64,000 nt of DNA from an uncultured Actinomycetota bacterium. Its GTDB lineage: Bacteria > Actinomycetota > UBA4738 > HRBIN12. The stretch lies in contig CAWAPY010000019.1 in the NCBI GenBank assembly GCA_963784055.1, forward strand, positions 195,866 through 259,865, given 5' to 3'. Below, piece after piece: positions 25,861 to 35,567 of the stretch. The translations under genes were made by a program, and so were the position numbers. Numbering within the stretch: the stretch's first letter is position 1; the number at the start of each line of letters is the position of its first letter. The notes under the pieces are model-generated. The model was not told the origin of the DNA. It was given only the letters and a program-made list of their open reading frames with translations, and made no database searches.

Positions 25861-27393
25861 TCAGTCGAGCGCCTCGGGGCGATGGGCGGGGAACATGATG
25901 AGGTCGCGGAGCGAGGCGGCGTCCGTCAGCACCATGAGCAGGCGGTCGATGCCGAGACCCAGCCCTCCGGCCGGCGGCATCCCGTGCTCGAGCGCCCGGA
26001 GGAAGTCCTCGTCGAGCGGATGCGTCTCCTCGACGCCGGCCGCCTTCAGCTGCTGTTGGAGCTCGAGCTTCGCCCGCTGCTCGAGCGGGTCGGTGAGCTC
26101 GGAGAACGCCGTCACGAGCTCGACCCCGCCGATGATCAGGTCGAAGTGCTCCGTCAGGCCGGGAGCATTCCGATGCGGTCTCGCGAGCGGTGACACCTCC
26201 CGCGGGAAGTCGCAGACGAACGTCGGCTCGACGATCGTCGACTCGACGAGCTTCTCGAACAGCTCCACCACGATCTTCCCGGGGCCCCACACGTCGTCGA
26301 CGGGCACGTCGTGACGGGCCGCGATCGACGGGAGGTCGGTGCGCTCGAGCGTGATCTCCTCACCCGTCGCGGTCGACACGGCGCCGAGCATCGCGAGCCG
26401 ATGGAACGGCGGTGCGAGATCGATCACCTGGCCTCTCCACGGGATCGTGAGGTCCCCGGCGTCGCGGCCCATGATGGGACCCACCGCGCGGGCGCTCTCG
26501 CGGATGAGCGCCTCCGAGAGCTCCATCATCGTCGTGTAGTCGCCGTAGGCCTGGTACGCCTCGAGCATCGAGAACTCCGGGTTGTGGTCGCGGTCGATCC
26601 CCTCGTTGCGGAAGTTCCGCCCCAGCTCGTACACGCGCTCGATCCCACCGACCAGGAGTCGCTTGAGGTAGAGCTCGAGCGAGATCCGGAGCTTCATCTC
26701 GGTGCCGAGCGCGTCGTGGAAGGTCGTGAACGGCCGCGCGTTCGCTCCGCCCGCCACCGTCTGGAGGATCGGACCCTCGGACTCGACGAAGCGGCGTTCG
26801 TGCAGAACCTCGCGTGCAGCCCGGAGGACGGCCGCGCGCGCGGCGAAGAGACGGCGGGGAGTCTCGTCCGCGATCAGATGGAGATACCGACGCCGCTGCT
26901 GCAGGTCCGGGTCCTTGAGGCCGTGCCACTTCTCCGGCAGCGGTCGGAGCGACTTCGTCAGCATCGCCCAGCGCGCGACGAAGACCGACAGCTCGCCGCG
27001 CCGCGTCGTCCCGACCGGGCCGGTGGCCGCGACGATGTCACCGAGGTCCACCTCGTCGAGGAGCGCGAAGGGCTCGGGCTCCAGCTCCGACCGGTTGCAG
27101 ACGAGCTGGATGTCGCCGCTGCCGTCGCGGAGCGTGAGGAACTTCAGCTTCCCCATGTCCCGCTTCAGGACCACGCGACCGGCGACGGTCACGGTCTCTT
27201 CGGCCCGATGGTCCGGGGGGAGGTCCCCGTGCCGGTCCCGGAGCACGGCGGTCGCGTCGGGCTCGTCCACGCCAAGCGCGTCCTTCAGGGTGAGCGCGAA
27301 CGCCCGGTCGCCGAGCCGCTCGAGCGATGCGCGCCGCGCGCTGAGTACCTCCTCCTCGCGCGAGGGGCCGCTCGTGTCCGCCGGCTCAGTCAT
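25861..27393 (-). CDS. lysS: Lysine--tRNA ligase (class II)
   Basis: Intact 510 aa: OB-fold N-terminus, FRNEGIDRDHNPEFSMLEAY, GGLGLGIDRLLMVLT. Confidence 0.96.
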   Translation of the reverse strand: MTEPADTSGPSREEEVLSARRASLERLGDRAFALTLKDALGVDEPDATAVLRDRHGDLPPDHRAEETVTVAGRVVLKRDMGKLKFLTLRDGSGDIQLVCNRSELEPEPFALLDEVDLGDIVAATGPVGTTRRGELSVFVARWAMLTKSLRPLPEKWHGLKDPDLQQRRRYLHLIADETPRRLFAARAAVLRAAREVLHERRFVESEGPILQTVAGGANARPFTTFHDALGTEMKLRISLELYLKRLLVGGIERVYELGRNFRNEGIDRDHNPEFSMLEAYQAYGDYTTMMELSEALIRESARAVGPIMGRDAGDLTIPWRGQVIDLAPPFHRLAMLGAVSTATGEEITLERTDLPSIAARHDVPVDDVWGPGKIVVELFEKLVESTIVEPTFVCDFPREVSPLARPHRNAPGLTEHFDLIIGGVELVTAFSELTDPLEQRAKLELQQQLKAAGVEETHPLDEDFLRALEHGMPPAGGLGLGIDRLLMVLTDAASLRDLIMFPAHRPEALD

Positions 27394-28153
27394 CCACGTT
27401 CTTCTCGTGGACCAGTCGCAGACCCTCGAGCGTCAGGAACGGCTCGTGATGATCGATCGTGCGGCAGTGCGGGATGATCACCGTGGCCAGCCCGCCGGTC
27501 GCGATCGTGGTGGCGCCCCCGATGTCGCGCCGGATCCGATCGACGATCCCATCGACCTCGCCCGCCGTGCCGAACACGAGCCCCGACTGGATCGCCTCGA
27601 CCGTGTTCTTGCCGATCACGGACGCCGGTGCCTCCATCTCGACGCGGGTGAGCCTCGCCGCCCGCCGGACCAGCGTCTCGGCGGAGATCTGCAGACCGGG
27701 CGCGATGACGCCGCCGAGGAACTCGCCGCGTTCCGAGACGACGTCGAAGTTCGTCCCCGTACCGAAGTCCACGACGATCGACGGGCCGCCGAACCGCGTG
27801 TACGCGGCGAGCGTGTTCACGATCCGGTCCGCGCCGACCTCCCGGGGATTGTCCGTGAGCACCGAGACTCCGGTCCTCGTGCCGGGACCGACAACCAGCG
27901 GCTCGAAGGACAGGTAGCGGTCGGCCATCTCGCGGAGCTGCTGCGTGACGTCGGGGACGACCGAGGCGATGCAGAGGCCCGAGAGCTTCTCGAGGGACAG
28001 CCCTCGATGCTCGAGCAGCCCCGCGAACACGAGCGCGATCTCGTCGGCGGAGCGCTCGGGCTGCGAGGACAGGCGCCACGTGTGGACGAGCTCCGGGCCG
28101 TCGAAGACCCCGAGCACCGTTTCCGTGTTGCCGACGTCGGCCGTGAGCAGCAT
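27386..28153 (-). CDS. coaX: Type III pantothenate kinase
   Basis: MLLTADVGNTETVLGVF...VVDFGTGTNFDVV...TGGLA. 255 aa. Overlaps the lysS start by 8 nt. Confidence 0.9.
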   Translation of the reverse strand: MLLTADVGNTETVLGVFDGPELVHTWRLSSQPERSADEIALVFAGLLEHRGLSLEKLSGLCIASVVPDVTQQLREMADRYLSFEPLVVGPGTRTGVSVLTDNPREVGADRIVNTLAAYTRFGGPSIVVDFGTGTNFDVVSERGEFLGGVIAPGLQISAETLVRRAARLTRVEMEAPASVIGKNTVEAIQSGLVFGTAGEVDGIVDRIRRDIGGATTIATGGLATVIIPHCRTIDHHEPFLTLEGLRLVHEKNVDD

Positions 28154-28227
28154 CGCGCACTCCTCGTGGGACGGATGCGAGCAGGAACGGTCCATCGTGG
28201 CCCACCGGCCGACAGGCGACAACCCGT

Positions 28228-29088
28228 TCAGCGCGCGCCGGCGGGTGCGGGGAGCAGCAGGTTGTCGATGAGACGCGCCGACGGGAACCGCGCCGCCACC
28301 AGGGCCCGCGCGGGCCCGTCCACGTGCGTGATCGCCTCGAAGGTGTCGTCTCGGACCACGGCGACGTAGTCGAGCCGCGCCATCGGCGTCGCACCGATCT
28401 CGCGGGCCATCGCCGCCACGAGGACCGCCGTCTCCCGCTCGCCGGCCCGCGCCAGGCCGGCTGCCTCGGACAGGGCGAGGAACAGGCAGCCGGCCTGCTC
28501 CCGCTCCTCCGGGCTGAGCCGTGCGTTGCGGGACGAGCACGCGAGACCGTCGGACTCGCGCACGGTCGCGACCGGCACGATCGTGACCGGCAACTCCTCC
28601 TCGCGCACCATCCGGCGAACCAGGAACAGCTGTTGGGCGTCCTTCTGGCCGAAGACGGCGCGGCACGGCCCCGTCACGTCGAAGAGGCGGCGGACCACTT
28701 TCAGCACACCGCGGAAGTGCCCGGGCCGGGCCGCGCCTTCGAACGTGTCGCCGACGGGCCCCGGATCCGGCTCCCGGAGGGCAACCCCGGCCGTGTAGAC
28801 CTCGTCGATCGGTGGCGCCCAGACCGCGTCGACGCCCAGCCGCGCGCAGATCTCCAGGTCCCCGGCCTCGTCGCGGGGATACGCGGCCAGATCCTCGCCG
28901 GGACCGAACTGGGCGGGGTTCACGAAGATCGTCACGAGCACGCGAGGAGCCTCTTCCCGAGCTCGTCGGATCAGCGACGTGTGACCGGCGTGCAGCGAAC
29001 CCATCGTCGGGACCAGCCCCACGTCACCGTCGCTCCGCCAGGCGGCGGTCAGGCGATGGACGTCCTCCGCCGTTCGGATCAGGTCCAT
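28228..29088 (-). CDS. panC: Pantoate--beta-alanine ligase
   Basis: 286 aa: VPTMGSLHAGHTSLIRRA...VTIFVNPAQFGP...GHFRGVLKVV. Confidence 0.95.
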   Translation of the reverse strand: MDLIRTAEDVHRLTAAWRSDGDVGLVPTMGSLHAGHTSLIRRAREEAPRVLVTIFVNPAQFGPGEDLAAYPRDEAGDLEICARLGVDAVWAPPIDEVYTAGVALREPDPGPVGDTFEGAARPGHFRGVLKVVRRLFDVTGPCRAVFGQKDAQQLFLVRRMVREEELPVTIVPVATVRESDGLACSSRNARLSPEEREQAGCLFLALSEAAGLARAGERETAVLVAAMAREIGATPMARLDYVAVVRDDTFEAITHVDGPARALVAARFPSARLIDNLLLPAPAGAR

Positions 29089-29942
29089 CCGGCCAGCACG
29101 TCTTCCACGGCTACCCGCGATGCGGGGGAGCTCCGTCCGGAACGTTCCGCGAGCCGCAGGGTCGACCTCGCCAGCGCGACGTAGACGGGGACGAGCTCGG
29201 GAGCGTGCCGCTCCAACGCCTCGAGGTTCCGTCGCACCGTGCCGGCGTCGCCTCGGATCGCGGGACCGGTCAGCGCCCGGGCGGCGCCGAGCTCTTCGAC
29301 GTGATCGAGGGTCGCCCGCTGCAAGGGCGCCATCGCCGCTCGCGGGTCGGACACTCCCGCCGCCGTGAACAGCGACTCCGCGATCGCCGAGACCGTCACG
29401 AGCGAGTTGGACGCGAACACGGCCGCGGCGTGGTACAGCGGACGCAGCTCGTCCGCCATGGCGAACGGCACACCCTCGAGGTCCCTCGCGAGCCGTTCTC
29501 CGACGCGGCCGCCCTCGTCATCGTCGGCGGTCACGGCGATCCAGCAGCCGGGCAGACCCGCCAACGCCGCCTCCACGTCCGGGAACGTCTGAAGGGGATG
29601 CAGCGCCAGGCGGCGGCCACCCACCTCGGCCGCGGCGCGGACCGCGTCCAGTCCGAGGGAGCCGGAGAGATGCAGGACCCAGGCGCCCGTTGCCAGCGCA
29701 CCGGCCGTGGCGAGCTCGGTCACCGTCGGCTCGATCGCATCGTCGGGCGTGCCGATCACGACGAGCTCCGCGGTGGAGGCCGCGTCGGCGGGCTCCCGCA
29801 CGGGAACCCCCGGGAGATGCATGGCGGCGCGGTCCCGGGTCTGGGCCCTGCCGGACACCCCCACGAGCCGGTGTCCGGCCCGCTGGAGGAAGACCGCCAC
29901 GGCCGTGCCCACCGTGCCCGCACCGATCACGGCGACCCTCAT
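29079..29942 (-). CDS. Rossmann-fold oxidoreductase-like protein with DUF2520 C-terminus (Rv3603c-like)
   Basis: MRVAVIGAGTVGTAVAVFL...HPLQTFP...YHAAAVFASN. Sits between panC and folK, as in mycobacteria. Confidence 0.8.
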   Translation of the reverse strand: MRVAVIGAGTVGTAVAVFLQRAGHRLVGVSGRAQTRDRAAMHLPGVPVREPADAASTAELVVIGTPDDAIEPTVTELATAGALATGAWVLHLSGSLGLDAVRAAAEVGGRRLALHPLQTFPDVEAALAGLPGCWIAVTADDDEGGRVGERLARDLEGVPFAMADELRPLYHAAAVFASNSLVTVSAIAESLFTAAGVSDPRAAMAPLQRATLDHVEELGAARALTGPAIRGDAGTVRRNLEALERHAPELVPVYVALARSTLRLAERSGRSSPASRVAVEDVLAGWT

Positions 29943-29990
29943 GGGTCCGAGTATCGCAACTGGCTCCGAACCGCCCTCACCCCGAACCGG

Positions 29991-30488
29991 TCAGGGGCGC
30001 ACCGCCAGCGGAGAGGCCGAGGGCGCCACGCCGTCCGTGGGTACGGGCAGATCCCGCAGCCGCGTCCCGTCGGGCAGGACGGGATCCGCGACCAGCTCCA
30101 GCAACGGCAGGAGGACGAACGCTCGCTCGGTCAAGCGCGGATGCGGCACCACGAGGTCCGACTCGTCGATCGTCTCCTCGTCGAAGAGCAGGACGTCGAT
30201 GTCGATGGAGCGGGCCCCCCACCGCTCCTTCCGGACGCGTCCCAGGCGCTCCTCCACCCGGTGCGCCGCATCGAGCAGGTCTCGAGCGGAGAGATCGGTC
30301 TCCACGCGGATCACGGCGTTCAGGTAGTCGGGCTGCGGCGGCCCGCCCACCGGCACCGTCTCCCAGACCCTGCTGGACGCCACCACCCGCAGTCCGGGCT
30401 CCCCGTGGAGCAGGTCGACCGCGCCCTGTAGGTTCGTGAGGCGGTCGCCCAGGTTCGACCCGAGCCCGAGGAACGCGACGGTGCCCAC
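29991..30488 (-). CDS. folK: 2-amino-4-hydroxy-6-hydroxymethyldihydropteridine diphosphokinase
   Basis: 165 aa: AFLGLGSNLGDR...YLNAV...RWGARSIDIDVLLF...VPHPRLTERAFVLLPL. Confidence 0.93.
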   Translation of the reverse strand: MGTVAFLGLGSNLGDRLTNLQGAVDLLHGEPGLRVVASSRVWETVPVGGPPQPDYLNAVIRVETDLSARDLLDAAHRVEERLGRVRKERWGARSIDIDVLLFDEETIDESDLVVPHPRLTERAFVLLPLLELVADPVLPDGTRLRDLPVPTDGVAPSASPLAVRP

Positions 30489-30498
30489 CGCTCCCTCG

Positions 30499-30855
30499 TC
30501 ACTCCCCGGCGGAGACGGTGGCCCCCGCGGCCACCCCGTCGATCCCGAGACGGCCGGCGGCGTTCGGCTTGTGGACCACCGCCGTCACCTGGCCCACGTG
30601 CGGGAACGAGCTCACCCGGCGGGCGATCGCGCCGGCCATCGCCTCGATGAGGTCGAAGGATCCGCCCTCCACGATCTCGCGGACGGCATCCGTGACGCCG
30701 CGGTAGTCGGCCGTCGCGTCGATCGAGTCGCGGGGAGCATCCACCTCGATGTCGAGGTCCACGACGAAGGGCTGCGGCTGGTCCTTCTCGCCGTCGCGCG
30801 CCCCGTGGCGGCCCTCGGCGCGGATCCCCGTCAGGAACAGACGGGCTCGGGTCAT
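30499..30855 (-). CDS. folB: Dihydroneopterin aldolase
   Basis: MTRARLFLTGIRAEGRHGARDGEKDQPQPFVVDLDIEV...DYRGVTDAVREIVEG. The ATG overlaps the upstream stop (ATGA). Confidence 0.88.
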   Translation of the reverse strand: MTRARLFLTGIRAEGRHGARDGEKDQPQPFVVDLDIEVDAPRDSIDATADYRGVTDAVREIVEGGSFDLIEAMAGAIARRVSSFPHVGQVTAVVHKPNAAGRLGIDGVAAGATVSAGE

Positions 30856-31487
30856 GGCGCTGCCTCCTCGTCGTCGTCGGGAACGAACCAATCGTCGCGC
30901 TCGTCCTCCTCCAGGTCCAGCCACGGAGGGCGGCGTTCGAGCTGGATCCGCACGACGCCGTCCTGGGCGTGGCCCGCTCCATGCGGCTGCCGCAGGTAGC
31001 GGGCCCGCAGGTACTCGAGGATCATCGGGGCGATCGTGGCGGCGGCCTCATCGGTGAGATCGTGGCCGCACCCGGGCACGAGTCCGAGCGTCGACGTCGC
31101 GATCGCGTCGTTCAGCTCCTCGCCTACCGAGACCGGGACCACTACGTCGTCCTCCCCCCAGAGCAGGAGCACCGGGAAGTCGAAGGACGCGAGGACACCG
31201 TCGTCGGCAGCGGGCGCCCGAGGCGCGTCGAGGAGGACCATCGCGTCGACGCCGCCTCCGGCGGCCAGGACCTGCGCGAGCGACCCGCCCGTCCCGTGGC
31301 CGATCACGCCGCACCGCTCCCCGCCGAGCGCGCTCCGCACGAGGTCGACCGCGGCCGGTTCGTCCCCAGGCAGATCGGGCGCGATGACGCGGAATCGGGA
31401 CTCGAGGATCGGCACGAACTCACGCCATTGGTCTGCCGACCTTCCCTCGTCGTGCAGGAGGAGCAGGATCGGATCCTGGCCGCTCAC
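30852..31487 (-). CDS. Alpha/beta-hydrolase-fold protein lacking the nucleophile Ser, with an acidic tail
   Basis: 211 aa. The elbow reads GHGTGG (31284-31301) instead of GxSxG. The Asp region LLLWGEDD and His region PGCGHD are present. Tail LDLEEDERDDWFVPDDDEEAAP. 4-nt overlaps with folP' (GTGA) and folB (ATGA). Confidence 0.7.
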   Translation of the reverse strand: MSGQDPILLLLHDEGRSADQWREFVPILESRFRVIAPDLPGDEPAAVDLVRSALGGERCGVIGHGTGGSLAQVLAAGGGVDAMVLLDAPRAPAADDGVLASFDFPVLLLWGEDDVVVPVSVGEELNDAIATSTLGLVPGCGHDLTDEAAATIAPMILEYLRARYLRQPHGAGHAQDGVVRIQLERRPPWLDLEEDERDDWFVPDDDEEAAP

Positions 31488-31846
31488 GGGCGCCCCCGTG
31501 CGATCGCGTCCGCAACCCGGAGCGCCTGGACCGTCGGGCCGACGTCGTGGACCCGGACCACGTCCACGCCCTGCGCCGCGCACCACACCGCGGCGGCGAG
31601 GGAGCCGTCCCGCCGGTCGGCAGCGTCGGCGACGCCCGAAAGCTCGCCGATGAACCGCTTGCGCGACGCTCCCGCGAGCACGGCCACGCCGAGCTCGCGG
31701 AAGGAACCGATCGATCGCAGGAGCGCCAGGTTGTGCTCGAGGTTCTTCCCGAACCCGATCCCGGGGTCGATGCACAGGCCGTCGCGGCCGATCCCGGCCG
31801 CGACTGCCGCCTCGATCCGCTCGGCGAGGAACCCACGCACCTCCCC
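31484..31846 (-). pseudogene. folP: Dihydropteroate synthase, C-terminal half only (5'-truncated)
   Basis: EVRGFLAERIEAAVAAGIGRDGLCIDPGIGFGKNLEHNLALL...LAGASRKRFIG...VVRVHDV. No N-terminal pterin-binding half in any frame upstream of ~31846. Confidence 0.8.
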
Positions 31847-32319
31847 TGGTCCCGCTCGCCGAACAGGACCGCAGCTCCTGGGACGCTGGCGCCATCGCGG
31901 AAGGCGTCGCGCTGATCACGAAGACGCTGGCGAGCGCGCCGGTCGGGCCGTACCAGCTACAGGCGGCGATCGCGGCCGTGCACGATGAGGCGGTCCGCTT
32001 CGAGGACACCGACTGGCGCCAGATCCTCGGCTTGTATGGGCTGCTGGAGACGGTGGCGCCGGGACCGATGGTGACCCTCAACCGGATCGTCGCGGTCGCG
32101 ATGGTCCACGGACCGACGGCCGGCCTGGATCAGCTCGCCGAGGCCGAGGGCGATGCCGCGCTGGCCGGGCACCATCGTGTCGACGCCGTCCGCGCCCACC
32201 TGCTTGAGATGGCCGGCGATCGGGAGGCCGCGCGGGCCGCCTACCGCATCGCGGCACGTTGCACGCTGAGCGTCCCGGAACAGCGCTACCTCGAGTCGCG
32301 CGCCACGCGACTGGCGTAA
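31846..32319 (+). pseudogene. C-terminal fragment of an ECF-like sigma factor (paralog of 39082..40395)
   Basis: LVPLAEQDRSSWDAGAIAEG...VGPYQLQAAIAAVHDE...RIVAVAMVHGP... is collinear with LLEDQDRSRWDQAAIAEG...VGPYQLQAAIAALHDE of the full-length copy. No sigma regions 2/4 are present. Confidence 0.75.
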
Positions 32320-32340
32320 GGGCGAGCTTAGACCGCGGCG

Positions 32341-33562
32341 CTACTCGCTCTCGCCGAGCGCCGGTGCGAGCGGCAACGCGAACCCGAACTCGGCGCCACC
32401 GCCGTCGCGTGGGCTGGCCCACAGGCGCCCGCCCAGCGCCGTGACGATACGCTCGCACACGGGCAGCCCGAGACCCAGGCCGCTGGCCGTGCGCTGCGCC
32501 TCCGTGCTGCGGTAGAACGGCGAGAACAGCCGCGCGGTATCGGTGTCGTCGAGACCGAGGCCTCGATCGAGCACGCGGACCCGCGCCTCGCGGTCGACCG
32601 TCTCGAGCGTCACTTCGATCGCTCCGTCGGGGCCACCGTATTTGTGCGCGTTCGTGAGGAGGTTCTGCAGCAGGAGGACGAGGTGCGTGCGGTCTGCCTC
32701 GACGACGACGTGGCGTCCGGGAACTTCCACGAGCCGGATATCACGATTCGGATGGCGCCGCGAGAACACCCCGATCTCTTGCCGGATCACGTGCGTCAAG
32801 ACCTGCGGCTCGAGCTCCGACGACGTGCCCGCCTGCATCCGGCTGAGCAGCAACAGGTTCTCGACGATCTCGAGCAGGCGCTCGGAATCGTCGGCGATGT
32901 CGGTGACCATCGCGTCCCGGGTCTCCGCTGGCAGCCGGTCGAGGCGGTCGCGGAGCAATTGGGCGTTGCCGTAGATCGTCGTCGACCGGCGTCCGCAGCT
33001 CATGGGAGATCAACCCGACGAACTCGTCCTTCACGTTGTTGGACTGCGCCAGCGCCTCGGCGGTCGATCGAAGCTCGGCCTCCACGCGGTGGCGTTCGGT
33101 GACATCGACGATGACGTTGACGGCACCGATCAACCGGCCGGTCGCGGTCGTACAGCGGCGTCGGATAGGGCTGGAGATCGACCCGGCTGCCATCCGGGCG
33201 CTCGGCGATCGCCGTGAAGCCCCGGACCGCGCGGCCTTCCTTCAGGGTGATCGCCATGGGGCAATCGCCGTGCGCCAGCGGGCTTCCGTCCGACCAGAAC
33301 AGCCGGAACGAGCCGCACCACTCCTCGCCAAGCTCGGGGCGACGTCCCCACAGCTCGGCCGCGGCTCGTTGAAGAACGTGATCTTGCCGTCCGCATCGGT
33401 CGTGTAGACCGCGACCCCGAGGCCCTCAAGGAACTCGCGGTAGCGGTCGTCGTCGCCCGCGGCTTCATCGCTCGAGTCGCGGCGCGTGGCCAGCGATTCG
33501 ACGAGGCGCAGGATCGGATCCGCGAGGCTGGCACCCGCCGGCTCGCGCGCAAGCTCGGTCAT
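32341..33562 (-). pseudogene. PAS-domain sensor histidine kinase (orphan), at least 3 frame changes
   Basis: PAS: VAVYTTDADGKITFFNE / WCGSFRLFWSDGSPLAHGDCPMAITLKEGRAVRG. H-box SHELRTP. N-box NLLTNAHKYG. G-boxes DRGLGL and GLGLGLPV. The pieces lie in ORFs 33242.., 33000.., 32741.. and 32341... Confidence 0.8.
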
Positions 33563-33639
33563 CGGCTGGCAGTGTATGGGCCGTCGACCCACCGAGCCAC
33601 CCATTTGGCGGCGGCTTGTCACGCGTCTGCAACACCGCC

Positions 33640-34385
33640 GGGGCGTAGTCACGATGCGGAACCGCGATTCGCCGCGTGTCCCGCCCAGCCAGGCCACCAG
33701 CGGCAACAGCAGCATCGGCGCCTCCAGCAGCGAGTACAGCGGCCCGCTGCCGCGAGAATTGAGCACCGAGACGACCCAGTCGACCCACAGCACCCCGAAC
33801 GGCAGGCACAGCGCCGCGAACACGGCCAGCCCGATCCACCACGAGCGTTCGCGGAACCCGAAGAAGGCGAACGGGAACAGGCTGGGTTTGAGGAGCACGA
33901 AGGGCGCGGCCCAGCGGTACACGATCGCGATCGACATCGCGGCCATGCACCAGATGACCGGGTTGCCGGTCCAGATCTTGAGCGGTGTCGTCGGCCAGGC
34001 GAGGCAGAGCGCCATCAGCGGCCAGACAGCCGGCCGCGGACGCACCCGCCAGATGCGCCCAGATCGTCAGTGCCGCCGGGATCGCCCACCAGAGCACGGC
34101 CGGCAGGACCGTGAACGGCACGAACAGCCACAGGCCGACGGGCGGGTACAGCACGTCGCCGTGGGCGACTTCGTACGGCCCCGAGAGCTGGTGCGGCTCA
34201 TAGAAGGGTCCGCCGTCGACCCAGCGTGCCGCCACGTCGCGATACAGCGCGAAATCGATGCCGGGGGCTTGCTCGAGCGGGTCGGGGATGGCGAGCACGA
34301 ACAGGACGGGCAGCAGCAGGGTCGCCGCGGACGCGGCGAGTGCCGCGGACCGGCGGTCGAACAGCTCGATCCAGCGCGCTTTCAC
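33640..34385 (-). pseudogene. Polytopic membrane protein, tentatively GT-C/DUF2029-like, one frame change near 34040
   Basis: MKARWIELFDRRSAALAASAATLLLPVLFVL...GDVLYPPVGLWLFVPFTVLPAVLWWAIPAAL continues as ...WPLMALCLAWPTTPLKIWTGNPVIWCMAAMSIAIVY... The 3' end is uncertain. Confidence 0.45.
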
Positions 34386-34508
34386 GGTCGCGATGGTAGC
34401 CGCCGGCGCCGGGCGACTCTCAGACCATTCTCAAGCAAGGCGTCCAGATTCTCGGGAACTCAGCCGAAGGCGCCATCGCGCCGCGACCCCTTGAAGACGA
34501 GGATCCCG

Positions 34509-35567
34509 ATGACCCAGACCGACCCGACCGAGCCCGGCCGCGACCTGCGCGCCGTCCCCGACAACGACGACCCGCGCGCCGTCGCCGAAGCCATCCTGTT
34601 CGAGGTCCGCCGCGTGATCGTCGGCCAGGACGCGATGCTCGAGCGCATCCTCGTCGGCCTGCTGTGCGGTGGCCACATCCTCCTCGAAGGCGTCCCGGGC
34701 CTGGCCAAGACGCTGACGATCAAGACGCTCGCCGACGTCCTTGGCGGTTCGTTCAAGCGCGTCCAGTTCACGCCGGACCTCATGCCGTCGGACCTGGTCG
34801 GCACGCGCATCTACCGCCCGTCCGACGGCTCGTTCCAGACCGAGCTCGGACCGGTGTTCGCGAACTTCCTCCTCGCCGACGAGATCAACCGGGCGCCGGC
34901 CAAGGTCCAGTCCGCCCTCCTCGAGGTCATGCAGGAGCGGCAGGTCACGATCGGTGGCGTCACGCACGACGTCCCGGCGCCGTTCATCGTCCTCGCGACG
35001 GAGAACCCGATCGAAGCCGAAGGCACCTACCCGTTGCCCGAGGCCCAGGTCGACCGGTTCATGCTCAAGATCGTCCTGGGCTACCCGTCGGCGACCGAGG
35101 AAGCGCAGATCGTCGCCCGCTCGCTCCGCCCCGGGCTGCCGCCGCGCGAGATCCTGGACGCGGACGGGTTGGCCGCGCTCCAGCGACGCGTCGAGGACGT
35201 CTACGTCGATCCGCGGATCATCAGCTACGCCGTGGGCCTGGTCGAGGCAACCCGTCGGCTCGAGTACTGGGGCGCGCCGGAGCTCGCCTCGTACGTCAGC
35301 TATGGCGCCAGCCCGCGTGGGTCGATCAACCTCGTCGCAGGCGCCCGCGCCCTGGCATTGCTGCGCGGCCGTCGCTACGCGCTCCCGTCCGACGTCGCGG
35401 AGCTGGCGCCCGATATCCTGCGCCACCGGCTCGTGCTGTCGTACGCGGCACTGACCGACGGCATCACCCCCGACTCGGTCGTCGAGCGCGTCCTTGGCCT
35501 GGTGCCGGCGCCACAGCTCGACCTCGCGGGAGTCGGCGCCGGAACGGGCCACGAGGCCACCGCGTGA
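34509..35567 (+). CDS. MoxR-family AAA+ ATPase
   Basis: 352 aa: Walker A EGVPGLAKT, Walker B LLADEINRAPAKVQSALLEVMQERQVT, VLATENP, ASPRGS. Confidence 0.93.
   Translation: MTQTDPTEPGRDLRAVPDNDDPRAVAEAILFEVRRVIVGQDAMLERILVGLLCGGHILLEGVPGLAKTLTIKTLADVLGGSFKRVQFTPDLMPSDLVGTRIYRPSDGSFQTELGPVFANFLLADEINRAPAKVQSALLEVMQERQVTIGGVTHDVPAPFIVLATENPIEAEGTYPLPEAQVDRFMLKIVLGYPSATEEAQIVARSLRPGLPPREILDADGLAALQRRVEDVYVDPRIISYAVGLVEATRRLEYWGAPELASYVSYGASPRGSINLVAGARALALLRGRRYALPSDVAELAPDILRHRLVLSYAALTDGITPDSVVERVLGLVPAPQLDLAGVGAGTGHEATA

Noticed and set aside
31700-32400. Mobile element responsible for the folP/sigma junction
   Set aside because: No transposase, integrase, inverted terminal repeats or target-site duplication are visible around the junction, so I report only a breakpoint or possible misjoin.
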